The position numbers and the translations under genes were made by a program. Shown piece after piece: positions 30,760-43,170 of a DNA stretch of 64,000 nt. The stretch is taken from positions 96,163 through 160,162 of IMG/VR virus record IMGVR_UViG_2922690425_000004; one strand, 5' to 3'. The stretch comes from a virus. Lineage: Duplodnaviria; Caudoviricetes. The notes beneath the pieces are model-generated. The model had not been told where the DNA came from, searched no databases, and was given only the letters and a program-made list of their open reading frames with translations. Each line of letters opens with the position of its first letter. The first letter of the stretch is position 1.

Positions 30760-32426
30760 AAAGACATATAAGAACGGAGAAATATACATATGAAATTTTA
30801 CGGAATCGCAGTAAACACACAAAACAAAAACGTGGTAATTAACAATCTACCAACTGACTATCTTGGAGCAGTAAAAGAGGCAAAACGAATCGCGACTAAA
30901 GAAGGATTAAAGTTTCAATTTGTTAAGCCTGCCGTGAATGGACAAAAAGAAGGGGCAACGCTCACGAAATTTGCAGCACAACGCAAGAATCGTAAGTCTG
31001 TAAAACGGTGATTTTATGCGTATTAAAGTGTCCGATCATGCGAGAACAAGATGTGAGCAAAGTAATGTTGGAGTGGGTCGCCTCATTAAAGAGGTGGCTG
31101 CCATTCCTAATATTGTGGGAAAGATTAGCTGGAAGACTAAATTTGGAGTAATAGTTGTAGAGAGGGTTAATGAAGGATTGCTGCTTATCAAGACGTTTAT
31201 CGCTCGATTTAAGTATAGAGGTAAACAATATCACAAAGGTTGTAGAACAATTTAAAGGGTGAAGAATTGTGAGCAAAAATTACGATCAAATACAAGTTTG
31301 ATGAGAAGTGAGTGTGTATCCAATTGACTAAAAATAGAAATCTTTTGATTACTATTGAAGAAGTTATAGAGAAAAAGAATCCATCTCAACCATACATGGC
31401 CGGGGTTCATGTTGCTCAAACGACATCAATTTACACGGAAATAGATCATAACTATGAAATTGTAAATATGATTGTTGATAATACGGTTATTCATGAGGAA
31501 GAAAAAGAAAGATTTGTTAAGGTTAGTAGTGAAGATAAGGATATTTTTAAGCGAATATTGAATAAATATCTCAAAATAAAATAATGCTTTTACTGGGATG
31601 ACAAATTAGGAGGAATGAGTTTGAAGTATATCCGTCTACCTAGGGGATCAGGAAAGCCAGACACCATTATGAATTTAATCAAAGAAAAGATAGAAAAGGA
31701 GGAATGTTTCATCGTGTTAAATGATATGAATTATCTTGATATCACCAAACGTTTGGAGAAGTTACGCAAGGATCGAGCAAAGATTGATCGGGAAATATAT
31801 GACCTAGAAAATATGAAAAGCAGAAAGCTATCTGAAGAATCAAGTATCTGGAATCAAATTCAAAAAGTTCGGAAAGATTGCGAAACAAGACATCCTACAA
31901 CAATTAGATTTTAAAAGAATAATGAAAAGGAGAATTTAAATACATATGATTTTTTGGACAATTGTATTTTTCGCAATTAATTTTTATGGAATGATTAAGG
32001 GAAGTATTTTCTATACTGCATATAGAAATTTAGAATTGCTTGGCATTAGAGAGGCACAGGGAGAAGATAAACATAAGATCAATCTCGAATTTACAAAAAA
32101 GGGATGCTTACCTATGTTTATTCTATTCATATTGGCAGTTGTTGAAGTAATTTATTTGATTAACGCAATCGGACATGACATTTACAAATATCCAAGCATT
32201 CTGATTATTCTTTATTTGATTATTTCATTCATTGCAAGTAAAAAGAAGACATCTTATAAGAGCATGAGTGACAATGAGCTGCTTGAAGCAAAAGAAAATC
32301 TACAAAAAGAAAATAAACAGACTCTGAAATCGTTTCTTAAAAATTTTGTATGGGTCGTTTATTTCGGGTACATGTTCTACTGCCTTGTGTTTTAGGTAAA
32401 AGAGTATTTCTCAGAGAAAGGAGTAA

Positions 32427-32969
32427 ATGTTGCATAATTATACTTATGAAATACTGGGTGATACGACCCAATTCACCTTTGTTCAAAAGAATGGAAATGT
32501 GGTTCAATCATACATTGACACAGAAGATTTAGAAAGTGTATTGAATTTCAAATATAGATGGCATCCGCATTATCATAAATGTAAGAGAGATTTTTATATA
32601 GAAGCAACAGTCTATATGGGTATAGTGGATGGTAAACCTAAATACCATATCCTATCTCAACAGAGATTCATAATGAATGCCAACAAAGGCGAATATGTGG
32701 ATCATATTTCTCACAATACAAGAGACAATAGAAAGCTTAATTTAAGAGTCACCGAGGCTTCGAAAAATTTAAGACATAGAAGTGGCAAGAACTCGAACAA
32801 TAAATCGGGTTATCGTAATGTTTGCTGGATGTATAATAAATGGGTTGTTCAATTGCAGTTAAATGGTAAAAATACTAAGTTGGGTAGTTTCGATGATGTA
32901 CATGAGGCAGGACGGTTTGCTAAAGAGATGAGAGAAAAATATTACAAGGGTTTTAGTGGAAAGGGTTGA
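32427..32969 (+). CDS. HNH homing endonuclease with a C-terminal AP2-like domain
   Basis: VDHISHNTRDNRKLNLR; NKSGYRNV.W...W......LGSF...EA. Confidence 0.88.
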   Translation: MLHNYTYEILGDTTQFTFVQKNGNVVQSYIDTEDLESVLNFKYRWHPHYHKCKRDFYIEATVYMGIVDGKPKYHILSQQRFIMNANKGEYVDHISHNTRDNRKLNLRVTEASKNLRHRSGKNSNNKSGYRNVCWMYNKWVVQLQLNGKNTKLGSFDDVHEAGRFAKEMREKYYKGFSGKG

Positions 32970-32975
32970 TAAATA

Positions 32976-35774
32976 ATGGCTGAAAGAATCTATGGTTACA
33001 ACCATAACAAAGATTACACTGGATTTGTTTGTGAACTAACTTGGACACTTGAAAAGACAATGACTAAATTAGAGGAACTGGGCGTTATCCCTCCAGACGG
33101 TTGGATTCCACACCCAGAAGGATTTTCTGTAAAAGAAGATCATCAAGATGATATGTTGATTCAATTCTGTAATATTGATTCTGGAGAGGATATCGAAGGA
33201 GAACCGTTTTGGATTAAATTTGAGGATGCCGTGTCTTATTGGGCATAGGAATAATTGAATGGATAAATATGAAGCTATAGATAAATATGAGCAGCGAGTA
33301 AATGAATTAGAAATTCAACGAAAAATAATTTTATTGGCTCTTGAGGACAGAGATGTATTTAAAAATAGAGAATTGGTTTTTAAAGAAGTCACAGACATTG
33401 ATGTTCAAATTGCATTATACATAGACGTTATTGAAACGATTAATTCATTAAACTCTAAGTAAAAGTGAGATTTTATCTAAAAAGGAATAGGTGTATATGG
33501 GGTTAAAACCAGAACGTTTGAAAGAGATTACGGAAGCATACTACTCAGACGATGACTTATTTAAAGAAGAAATGATAGTTGAGTTAATCAACGGAGTTAA
33601 TGCATTAAGAGAAGGTTTTGAATGGATCAAGTATGGTGAGGACGATTTCTATAACCAGATTTCTGATACTGCATTTGGAGAAATAAGAAAGTTAGATCCA
33701 CGTTTGAAACCATGGGCTAGTCAAATTCAAGTTATTTACTCAACAGTAAACGAATCATTGAATCCAAAATATTGAGGGGAATTGATAAAACTGACACCCA
33801 GTGAATTTAGGTTTGAATTAATTTGTGATGGGCATCTTGTCAACAAACATAGTGATGGTGGAAAGTACTATGGTTGGGGTAATCCGTTTGATGTATTACC
33901 TCCAGTTGGATCAATTGTTGAATATAAGACATTTAATCAAGGTAGCAATCCCCGTGAAGGAGACGGATTATTAAGTAAATATGTCGTTAAGAACTATTTG
34001 TTTACAACTGAAGAGGATTACAATCACACATATAGACACAAGGTTTGCAAAATTATCGTAGACAAAATAAATCAGTAAAAGGCGTATTTTACATAGACAT
34101 AGGAGCAGAGAAATGAATCTATATAAAATCATGTTTGAGCATTTTTCACAAAAAGATAGCCAAAATGGAATTCTTACTTATCTCGCTGCAAATTCAGACA
34201 GCGAAGTATATGAGTGGTTAAAATCAGAACCATACTCTGAAAGCTGGGGAAATATCTTTAATAATTACAATTACAAAGAAAAAGACAATGAAGTATTCGA
34301 TATTTATGACAATGACTTTAGCATTATAGATCAAGAGAGTTTCAGAGATAGGATGATTAGATTGCATGGAGATATGTACGATGAAGAGGTAGAGTTAAGT
34401 GATTTGTATTATGGAGCAACACTGTATGGATGGAATTTAGTAAGAGAAAATATAAGTTTCAATGATATAAAAATAATGAGGGACTTAGGAGTCAATGTTG
34501 AAATGGGGGGAATCTAATTGAATCATAAAGAGTATGCACCAAAAGTAAAATTGGGGGATGAAGTATGGATCTGTGACTATAGATTCAACGATATAGATAA
34601 TCAACCAATCCGTCACATTACTCCTAGAAAAGTCGTCGTTTTGAGTAATGATAATTTGCCTAAAAATAAACGTGTTTACTATTCTGATTTCCACTTTAGG
34701 CCAGTTAATGAGAAAGGGAAAGTACTCTCACAAATAATTGCTCCTTACGATAACACTGGATATAGAGCCTATACAGGAGTATCGTTAAATATTTTCTACA
34801 CGGAGGAAGAATGTAAACAGCATTATCTAAATCAGTGTATGGAAAATCTTAAGCAGTTTGAGCAAGCCAGGATTAGCAAGGTCAAATATTATGATAAAAA
34901 GATTGAGGAGATAAACAAGGAGATATTGGCTTTGTTGTAATAAAAGCCGCATTTTAAAATAATTATAAAATTGGAGGAATATGAATGACAGAGTATGAAC
35001 TGGTAGTTCCAAAAATGGAGGAGTGCAATAAGTTTATTGTTACCGTTGTTGCAGATTCAAATGACGGAGACTATATTACGACCATTAATACATATACAAA
35101 ACCATATTTTGAAGAGGCGATTGTACGTGATTTGATTGACTTAATTAATAATTACAGCGGACACCATGAATTAGAAAAATATAATGGAGAATTTGAAGAT
35201 TTACCCTTTAATCCTCACGATGATTACGGGCGATGTCATACATTAGTATCTGTAAACATTCGTTTTATTGATAATAAAGGTTTTACGTGGAATGTGAAAT
35301 TGTAAGAGAGTAAAAGTCAAATTTTAATAAGAAAGAGTGGATTTAATGAAATTAAAGAATCTCACATTGGATCAGTTGGAAGAGATGCAAAAAGAAATCG
35401 ATAAAGAAATTGAACAAGTTAAAAGAGCAATGGAACTGGAAAAGTGCGGGCATTTTAAAGAGGAAATTGCCATTTGGGGCCCTTCTTTTGGAGCGGACGA
35501 GTTGGATGAGATTGTTGATCCACTAGAAAAAAACTTTCTTCGATGGTTTTTAAAAACAAAAGTAAATCACAATATTGACTTAGAGAAATATTTTATGATT
35601 TATAAAGTTGCTGATTCAAGCATAAAAGAAGGCTACAGAGACATATCTGTGTATGGCTTCTTCGATGTTAATCCTATGGTGGCCTCAGCAGGAGTAAAAT
35701 ATCCCACAATTCAAATTGGTTTAAAAGGAAGAGAATATTTACTTCAAGAATACGTGAAATATAAGTTTGTGTAA
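32976..35774 (+). other. Run of small hypothetical phage ORFs
   Basis: Co-oriented ORFs separated by sites at 33460, 34076, 34941, 35311, 35772. Confidence 0.65.
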
Positions 35775-35783
35775 AATGCACAT

Positions 35784-35999
35784 TTGAAGGGGGGATGCGA
35801 GATGGACTTTAACAAAAAGTTGATGTTTGAATATAAGAATTATAAAGGTGAAGTGAGTCTGAGACATGTGTATCCTCAAGGTATCCGCTATGGGTCTACA
35901 GAATGGCACCCAGAAGAACAGTGGTTACTTAAAGCTTGGGATTATGCTAAAGGAGATTATCGAGAATTTGCCATAAAAGACATCTTGGGATTCATATAA
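35784..35999 (+). CDS. Stand-alone WYL-domain-like protein
   Basis: FEYKNYKGEVSLRHVYP...QWLLKAWD..KGDYREFAIKDI. Confidence 0.7.
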   Translation: MKGGCEMDFNKKLMFEYKNYKGEVSLRHVYPQGIRYGSTEWHPEEQWLLKAWDYAKGDYREFAIKDILGFI

Positions 36000-36051
36000 A
36001 ATGTACCTTTTACAAACAGTAGACTAAAATAAATAAATAATTAAAATACAA

Positions 36052-36080
36052 TTGACTTATTCTTTATAAATGAATATAAT
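36052..36080 (+). promoter_or_regulatory. SigA-type promoter
   Basis: TTGACT-N17-TATAAT with an A-rich UP region. Confidence 0.75.
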
Positions 36081-37374
36081 GAAATTATAATAAAGAAGGA
36101 GGTGAGCAATATGGAACAGATAAGCGGTGCAATACACCACTTGTTATTTGTAGCTTCAATAGCTTATCCTGATGGTACATATCCTCGAAGGTGGGATGAG
36201 TAATGAGTAAAAAAACCACTGAGTTATTAAGAAATGTTGCTAAGCTAAATGATTCAATAGAAAGACTGAATAAGAGTCTTAAAAGTTTAACAAAAGCACG
36301 AATCAGCTTAGAAAAAGCTCAAAGAGACAAGATAGATTTTATAAATGAACGGATGGGGCATATCAATATCAAGAGATGGATTGAAAAAAATGGACGTAAG
36401 TGATGAATTGGCTCAAATACTCGTTAGTTGTTTTATGTGTGATATAGGCACTGAGCAAGAAAAAAAGCTGCATGAAGATAATTATGTAAAGAAGAAACTT
36501 AAACAGTATTTGGGCAAGAAGGATTTTGATAAGTATGATGGACTAAAGGAACAGATTTGGAAGGACGCTTGGAGAGAGTTTGATAAAGTAGTGTCAAACA
36601 AAAATACATAAAAGAGGACAACTTAATATGAATGATGAATTGAAGAGATTTATTGTTGAGGATATGTTGCCTCGTGAAGTCGAAGCTTTGACTATTGCTG
36701 CTGATACATTATATCTAAAGAGAGATAAAGATAGGGAGTATTTAGATGACTGGTGGCTCGTGGTTAGAGCATTGCTAGGAGAAAGAGTAGAGGAATTTAG
36801 AAATTGTCGGATTGTAAATGAATTATATAATTATTTAAATCATAGACAGGAAAATGAGGAGGTAAGGAAACGTGAATTATGGTATTAGAGATATCATTGA
36901 GCTGCATGTGTTTGATGAGGCTGGAAATTTTATTTCAACTATCAATACCCTGAAAAAAGGGAGCATAAGTGTAGCAAATAGAACGATCAGAGTTAAAGAT
37001 GCTCTGTTGAATGGCGACATGCTCAAGTTTCTAAATAAATCGGAAGACACGAAGTCAGATTATGATAAGTTCTTTAGTAAAACTCAAAATTGTGAAACTA
37101 TAGTTTTTAATCGTAGAGTTGTTAATTGCAAACTTATAGCTGAAGGCTTTTATAGAAAACAAGAAAATCAAAAAGATGTATTAGTACAATATGAAATGCC
37201 AAAGTGCAGTATTGTAAGTGCTTATAACTTCAACCATTCTTATATGGGCGATGCAGATGATTTTGATTATGTATTTGAAATAAAAGAGTTTAATGAAAAA
37301 GGCGATTTATTCAAGCTTCATATTGAGAAGTAATACATAGCATTTTAGATAAAACAGTTCTTTTACACAGGATA

Positions 37375-39570
37375 ATGGAGATGATACATACGCAAGTTAC
37401 TAAAAGAGATGGTTCGGTTGTAGCGTTTAATCAACAAAAGATAGTTGAAGCTATTTTCAAAGCAATGAATAGAACAAAAAGAGGTATCGATAAGCAATTA
37501 GCGACTAATGTCACCAAAGAAGTTGTAGCAATTTTTAACAATGTGACTAACGTAGACATTGAATCCATCCAAGATACAGTAGCAGATGTTCTTATGCAGA
37601 GTGAGAGAAAAGATGTAGCCAAAGAGTACATAGGCTATCGAGAAGTGCGGAATCTAAAACGAAGAGAACGAAGCAGCCTTGATAAAAAAGTATCTGGATT
37701 ATTGGACATGTCCAATGAGGAAGTATTAAAAGAAAACTCAAACAAAGATGGACAGACGATTCCCACACAACGAGATCTTCTAGCAGGTATTATGGCAAAG
37801 GACTATGCTCAAGCCTATATGATACCAAAACGAGTTGTTGAAGCTCATAATAGAGGAGATTTACATTTCCATGATCAGGACTATTCACCTTATTTCCCAA
37901 TGACGAACTGTATGTTAATTGACTTAAAAGGAATGTTGGAGAATGGGTTTAAACTTGGCAATGCTCAAATAGAAACTCCAAAGTCTATTACAACCGCCGC
38001 AGCAGTTACTGCACAAATTATTGCACAAGTAGCTAGTCATATCTATGGCGGTAACACAATTAACGAAATCGATATGATTTTGGCTCCATATGTTAGAGCT
38101 TCGTTCATCAAACATTTTAGAGTCGGAATGAAATGGTTTGAGGGCAATCCAAACGATCATATACTTGAAAGCCAAGTGTATCCAGAAAGTTCAATCTTCA
38201 AGACCAAATTTATAAAAGAATACAATTACGCAATTCAAATGACAGAAAAAGAAACACTAGATTCATTCCAATCACTTGAGTATGAGATCAACACATTGGT
38301 TTCGGCAAACGGACAAACTCCTTTTTCAACGTTCGGATTCGGTAGAGGAACAAGTTGGGAAGAAAGACAGATCCAGATCGCCATTCTTAAAAATCGAATT
38401 AGGGGACTAGGTAAAGAAGGCAGTACCCCCATATTCCCAAAATTGATTTTTGCCCTAGAAGAAGGAGTTAATCTTAAACCTAAAGATCCCAATTACGACA
38501 TCAAACAATTGGCAATCAAATGTAGTACATTGAGAATGTATCCTGATATCCTTTCAGTCCCGAAGGTTAAGGAAGTGACTGGTTCATTTAAGTTCCCAAT
38601 GTCATGTCGCAGCTTTTTAAGTAAATACATAGAAAATAATGAAGAACTACATGATGGGCGATTTAATATGGGAGTAGTGACTCTTAACTTGCCACGGATT
38701 GCAATTCGCGCAAAGAATAGTGAAACAGAATTTTATAATCTATTGGATGATGAATTAGAAATTTGTAAGGAAGCGTTAATGTTTAGAATCAATCGCCTGA
38801 AGGGAGTCAAAGCAAAAGTTGCACCGATCCTCTATATGGAGGGGGCGGCAGGAGTCAGATTAAAACCAGAAGATACAATTGATCGCCTGCTACAAAATGA
38901 CAGAGCTAGTATCTCACTTGGATATATAGGTATTCATGAAGCAATATTGGCGCTATTTGAGAAGCACATTTTTGATGACTCTATTATGCGTCAAAAAGGA
39001 TTAAATATTGTAAAATATCTCAATAGCAAAGCGAGTAAATGGAAAGAAGAAACGGGTTACGGATTCAGCGTATACAGCAGCCCAGCAGAGTCCGTGTGTT
39101 ATCGTTTTTGTGAGTTGGATAAGAATGAATTTGGAATAATAAAAGGTATTACCGACAAAGGTTATTATATTAACTCGTTTCATTTAGATGTTAACAAAAA
39201 GGCAACTCCTTTTGAAAAGATTGAGTTTGAAAAAGATTACCCTCAATACGCAAGTGGTGGATTCATTTCATATTGTGAATTTGATTCATTAGTGAAAAAT
39301 CCAGAAGCATTAGAAGTTGTGTGGGATTTTGCTTATGAGAGAGTGCCTTACTTTGGAACAAACACTCCAGTAGACAAGTGTTATGATTGTGGATATGAGG
39401 GAGAATTTGAGGCAACTAATCAAGGATTCAAGTGTCCAAATTGCAATAACAACGATCCAGAGACATCCTCCGTCATTAGACGCTGCTGTGGTTACTTGAG
39501 CCAACCATCTCAAAGACCGTTCAACAAAGGAAAACAAAAAGAGGTCGTATCGAGAGTGAAACATAACTAA
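37375..39570 (+). CDS. nrdD: Anaerobic (class III) ribonucleoside-triphosphate reductase
   Basis: N-terminal ATP-cone VTKRDG, ENSNKD, TNCMLID, MSCRSFL, CxxC...CxxC, RRCCGYL glycyl-radical loop. Confidence 0.97.
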   Translation: MEMIHTQVTKRDGSVVAFNQQKIVEAIFKAMNRTKRGIDKQLATNVTKEVVAIFNNVTNVDIESIQDTVADVLMQSERKDVAKEYIGYREVRNLKRRERSSLDKKVSGLLDMSNEEVLKENSNKDGQTIPTQRDLLAGIMAKDYAQAYMIPKRVVEAHNRGDLHFHDQDYSPYFPMTNCMLIDLKGMLENGFKLGNAQIETPKSITTAAAVTAQIIAQVASHIYGGNTINEIDMILAPYVRASFIKHFRVGMKWFEGNPNDHILESQVYPESSIFKTKFIKEYNYAIQMTEKETLDSFQSLEYEINTLVSANGQTPFSTFGFGRGTSWEERQIQIAILKNRIRGLGKEGSTPIFPKLIFALEEGVNLKPKDPNYDIKQLAIKCSTLRMYPDILSVPKVKEVTGSFKFPMSCRSFLSKYIENNEELHDGRFNMGVVTLNLPRIAIRAKNSETEFYNLLDDELEICKEALMFRINRLKGVKAKVAPILYMEGAAGVRLKPEDTIDRLLQNDRASISLGYIGIHEAILALFEKHIFDDSIMRQKGLNIVKYLNSKASKWKEETGYGFSVYSSPAESVCYRFCELDKNEFGIIKGITDKGYYINSFHLDVNKKATPFEKIEFEKDYPQYASGGFISYCEFDSLVKNPEALEVVWDFAYERVPYFGTNTPVDKCYDCGYEGEFEATNQGFKCPNCNNNDPETSSVIRRCCGYLSQPSQRPFNKGKQKEVVSRVKHN

Positions 39571-40073
39571 TGTACATAGCTGATTATAAAAGATTCGATG
39601 TTATAAATGGTATTGGTCTGAGACATTCATTGTTTGTATCTGGATGCGCTCACCATTGTAAAGGGTGCTTCAATGTTTCAGCATGGAATTCACACTATGG
39701 AATAAAATATACGGATGAATTAGAGAATAAGATTATCAGTGATTTGAAGATTGATTATGTACAAATAGCTGGATTATCAGTGTTGGGTGGTGAGCCATTT
39801 CAAAGTATTGATGGACTGTTACCACTTTTGAAACGAGTAAAGAATGAGTGTGAAGATAAGACAATTTGGATATGGTCGGGTTATACGTTTGAAAAGATAA
39901 TGGAAAACCAAACAATGAAAGAATTAATGTTACACTGCGACATTCTGGTTGATGGACGTTTCGAACTTTCCAAACGTGATCTAAACCTTAAATGGCGCGG
40001 CTCATCCAACCAGAGAATTATTGATATTCAAAGAAGCTTATCAGAGAATAAAGCAGTTTTGTTCGCAAATTAA
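39570..40073 (+). CDS. nrdG: Anaerobic RNR activating protein (radical SAM)
   Basis: FVSGCAHHCKGCFN, LGGEPF, DILVDGRF, RGSSNQR. Confidence 0.96.
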   Translation: MYIADYKRFDVINGIGLRHSLFVSGCAHHCKGCFNVSAWNSHYGIKYTDELENKIISDLKIDYVQIAGLSVLGGEPFQSIDGLLPLLKRVKNECEDKTIWIWSGYTFEKIMENQTMKELMLHCDILVDGRFELSKRDLNLKWRGSSNQRIIDIQRSLSENKAVLFAN

Positions 40074-40132
40074 TAAATGGGTGGACGGATGGGGGATTTC
40101 TAAATAACAGAGAGAAAGGAAGAAGAATTGGG

Positions 40133-41392
40133 TTGCAAAATTTGATTACGAAACGCAATGGAACAAGAGTCGGTTTTAACGCAGAGAAGATCACGAATGC
40201 TATTAAAAGAGCAGGAAATCAAACAGGAGAATTTGATATACCTGAAGCAAAAAGACTGACTCAGTGTGTCTTAGAATTAATAAAGCTTAATGAGTACGAT
40301 GAATTGACCGTTGAAAATGTGCAAGATTTAGTAGAAATGGTCTTACTAAAATCAGAATATAAGGTTACGGCAAAAGCATACATTATTTATCGTGAAAAAC
40401 GAACACAGGCAAGAAAGCCCGACATTTTCAAATACCGCTTAAATTTGAAGCCATATGAGTATCCCGAACTCATAGAGTACAAAGAAGCAATCCAACATTC
40501 GTACTGGCTTCATACTGAATTCAACTACACTTCGGACATTCATGATTTCAAATTTAATGTAAGCAACAATGAGAGAAATGCAATCAAAAATGTAATGCTC
40601 GCCATTGCACAAGTTGAGGTTGCAGTTAAGACGTTTTGGGGAGATATATATCATCGTCTCCCAAAACCAGAGGTTGGTGCGGTGGGGCATACATTCGCAG
40701 AAAGCGAAGTTCGTCATCATGATGCATATTCACACCTACTTGAAATATTAGGATTGAACGAGGAATTTGAGAAAATCAAAGAAATTCCAGTCCTTAGTCG
40801 GCGAGTAGACTATTTGACAAAATCTGCTAAATTGGCTCGTACTGGTGAGAATAAAGATTATGCCTTATCCATCCTACTGTTTTCTTTATTCATTGAGCAC
40901 GTATCATTGTTTTCACAATTTTTGATTATCATGTCGTTTAATAAATATAAAAATATCTTTAAGGGAATGTCAAATGTGATTGAAGCTACCTCAAAAGAGG
41001 AGCAGGTTCATGGACTGTTTGGAATTGAACTTATCAATATTATCCGCAAAGAACATCCTGAATGGTTTGATAAGAAACTAGAAAATACAGTTTATCAGGC
41101 GTGTATTGAAGCTTATGATTCTGAAGGACTGGTTATAGATTGGATTTACGAGTCAGGAGAATTGAGTTTTTTACCAAAAGAAATTGTTAAAGAATTTGTT
41201 AAGAATCGCCTTAATAACTCATTGAAAAGTATTGGATATAGACCTGTCTTTGATGTTAATGAGAAATTGGTAGATAAAACTGATTGGTTTGATGATGAGA
41301 TAATCGGGACAAAACATGGCGACTTTTTCGTAAAACGTCAAATCAATTATACAAAGCGTACACGTAGCATTACTGGAGATGACTTATTCTAA
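40133..41392 (+). CDS. nrdB: Class I RNR beta subunit with a fused N-terminal ATP-cone
   Basis: ITKRNG ATP-cone; ESEVRHHDAY, EHVSLFSQF, KEEQVH ferritin-like ligands; DFF..R..NY tail. Confidence 0.92.
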   Translation: MQNLITKRNGTRVGFNAEKITNAIKRAGNQTGEFDIPEAKRLTQCVLELIKLNEYDELTVENVQDLVEMVLLKSEYKVTAKAYIIYREKRTQARKPDIFKYRLNLKPYEYPELIEYKEAIQHSYWLHTEFNYTSDIHDFKFNVSNNERNAIKNVMLAIAQVEVAVKTFWGDIYHRLPKPEVGAVGHTFAESEVRHHDAYSHLLEILGLNEEFEKIKEIPVLSRRVDYLTKSAKLARTGENKDYALSILLFSLFIEHVSLFSQFLIIMSFNKYKNIFKGMSNVIEATSKEEQVHGLFGIELINIIRKEHPEWFDKKLENTVYQACIEAYDSEGLVIDWIYESGELSFLPKEIVKEFVKNRLNNSLKSIGYRPVFDVNEKLVDKTDWFDDEIIGTKHGDFFVKRQINYTKRTRSITGDDLF

Positions 41393-41420
41393 TACATAAA
41401 AAGATGGGGATTGATTAAAT

Positions 41421-43091
41421 ATGAAATGGTTGAATGAAAACAGTAAAAGCTTCTTGTCTCGGGGATATTTAACAGAAGGAGTTACGGCAGAAAAACGTAT
41501 TCGTACAATTGCAGATACGGCTGAGAAGATTCTTAATATCAAAGGGTTTGCTGATAAATTTTACGATTATATGGAAAAGGGATACTATTCGCTCTCTTCT
41601 CCAGTGTGGGCTAATTTTGGAATTGACAAAGGATTGCCTATTAGTTGCTTCGGTTCCTACCTCTCAGATAATATGGGAGATATTCTTTACACAACATCTG
41701 AGGTTGGAATGATGAGTAAGTTTGGTGGAGGAACATCTGGATACTTTGGCGAACTTCGTCACAGAGGAGCACCAATCAAAGATAACGGTGAATCATCTGG
41801 TGCAGTTCATTTCATGAAATTGTTTGAATCCACTATGGATGTCGTTAGTCAGGGAAGTACGAGACGCGGAAGATTCGCTCCATATCTTCCTATCGATCAT
41901 CCAGATATTGAAGAATTTTTGAAAATTGGAACCGAAGGAGACCCTATTCAAGAATTGACACACGGAGTAATTGTGACAGATAAATGGATGGAGAAAATGG
42001 TTTCTGGAGATCCTGAAAAACGTACTCTATGGGCAAAGGTCATTCAGAGACGCGTTGAGATTGGCTATCCCTATATTTTCTTTGATGATGCAGTCAATAA
42101 TAATACCGTTGATGTATACAAAGACAAAGGTCTGAAGATTTATGCTAGCAACCTTTGTAGTGAAGTTATGTTACCAAGTAACGATGAATGGTCATTCGTT
42201 TGTAACTTATCTTCAATGAATATATTGCATTATGATGAATGGAAAGATACAGATGCGGTTGAAACAATGGTATTTTTCTTGGATGCCGTAATGACTGATT
42301 TTATAAAAAAACTAGAAAAGATGCGTGACTCTGAAAGCAGAGAAGAAAATTTAGCTTTTTATTTTATGGAGAAGACCTACAACTTTGCAAAAGCTAATCG
42401 TGCATTAGGAGTAGGAGCACTGGGGTGGCATTCCTACCTTCAATCAAAAATGATTCCATTTGAAAGTCTGGAAGCAGCTAAGTTGAATTCTCGTATCTTT
42501 AGTTTGATTCAAAAGAGATCACATGAAGCATCGAGAGAGCTAGCGGCACTTTATGGCGAACCAGAAGTATTGAAAGGTTACGGAAGACGGAACGCTACCC
42601 TCACTGCTATTGCACCTACAACAAGTTCTGCGTTTATTCTCGGCCAAGTTTCACAAAGTATCGAACCTATCTGGTCTAATTGTTATGTTAAGGATATTGC
42701 TAAAATCAAAGTAACAATCCAAAATCCATATCTAAAAGAAGTGTTGAAAACTTATAACAAAGATACAAAAGAAGTGTGGAATAGTATTCGAGATAATGAC
42801 GGCTCTGTGCAACATCTTGATTTTTTAAGCACGAATGAAAAAGAAGTGTTTAAAACATTCAGTGAAATCGACCAATATGTAATTCTAGACCAAGCTTCAA
42901 CTCGGCAACTATTCTTGGATCAGAGCCAATCTCTAAATATTACGGTTAACCCGAAAATGTCTGCTAAACAAATCAATGAACTGTATTTATTCGCTTGGGA
43001 AAACAAGATTAAAACACTGTATTATCAACATAGCACAAATGCAGCACAGCAGTTTAGCAAGGATAAACTATGTTCTTCGTGTGAAGCATAA
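41421..43091 (+). CDS. nrdA: Class I RNR alpha subunit, short form without ATP-cone
   Basis: PISCF, SNLCSE, VCNLSS, IAPTTSS, KTLYY, C-terminal CSSCEA. Confidence 0.94.
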   Translation: MKWLNENSKSFLSRGYLTEGVTAEKRIRTIADTAEKILNIKGFADKFYDYMEKGYYSLSSPVWANFGIDKGLPISCFGSYLSDNMGDILYTTSEVGMMSKFGGGTSGYFGELRHRGAPIKDNGESSGAVHFMKLFESTMDVVSQGSTRRGRFAPYLPIDHPDIEEFLKIGTEGDPIQELTHGVIVTDKWMEKMVSGDPEKRTLWAKVIQRRVEIGYPYIFFDDAVNNNTVDVYKDKGLKIYASNLCSEVMLPSNDEWSFVCNLSSMNILHYDEWKDTDAVETMVFFLDAVMTDFIKKLEKMRDSESREENLAFYFMEKTYNFAKANRALGVGALGWHSYLQSKMIPFESLEAAKLNSRIFSLIQKRSHEASRELAALYGEPEVLKGYGRRNATLTAIAPTTSSAFILGQVSQSIEPIWSNCYVKDIAKIKVTIQNPYLKEVLKTYNKDTKEVWNSIRDNDGSVQHLDFLSTNEKEVFKTFSEIDQYVILDQASTRQLFLDQSQSLNITVNPKMSAKQINELYLFAWENKIKTLYYQHSTNAAQQFSKDKLCSSCEA

Positions 43092-43115
43092 TATATATTC
43101 AAATTCATAAAAAGT

Positions 43116-43137
43116 AGAGGGCAATAAAAAGCCCTCT
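43116..43137 (+). terminator. Hairpin after nrdA
   Basis: AGAGGGC-N8-GCCCTCT. Confidence 0.55.
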
Positions 43138-43170
43138 TAATAAATATTTTAAAGGGAGCAATTAATACAT

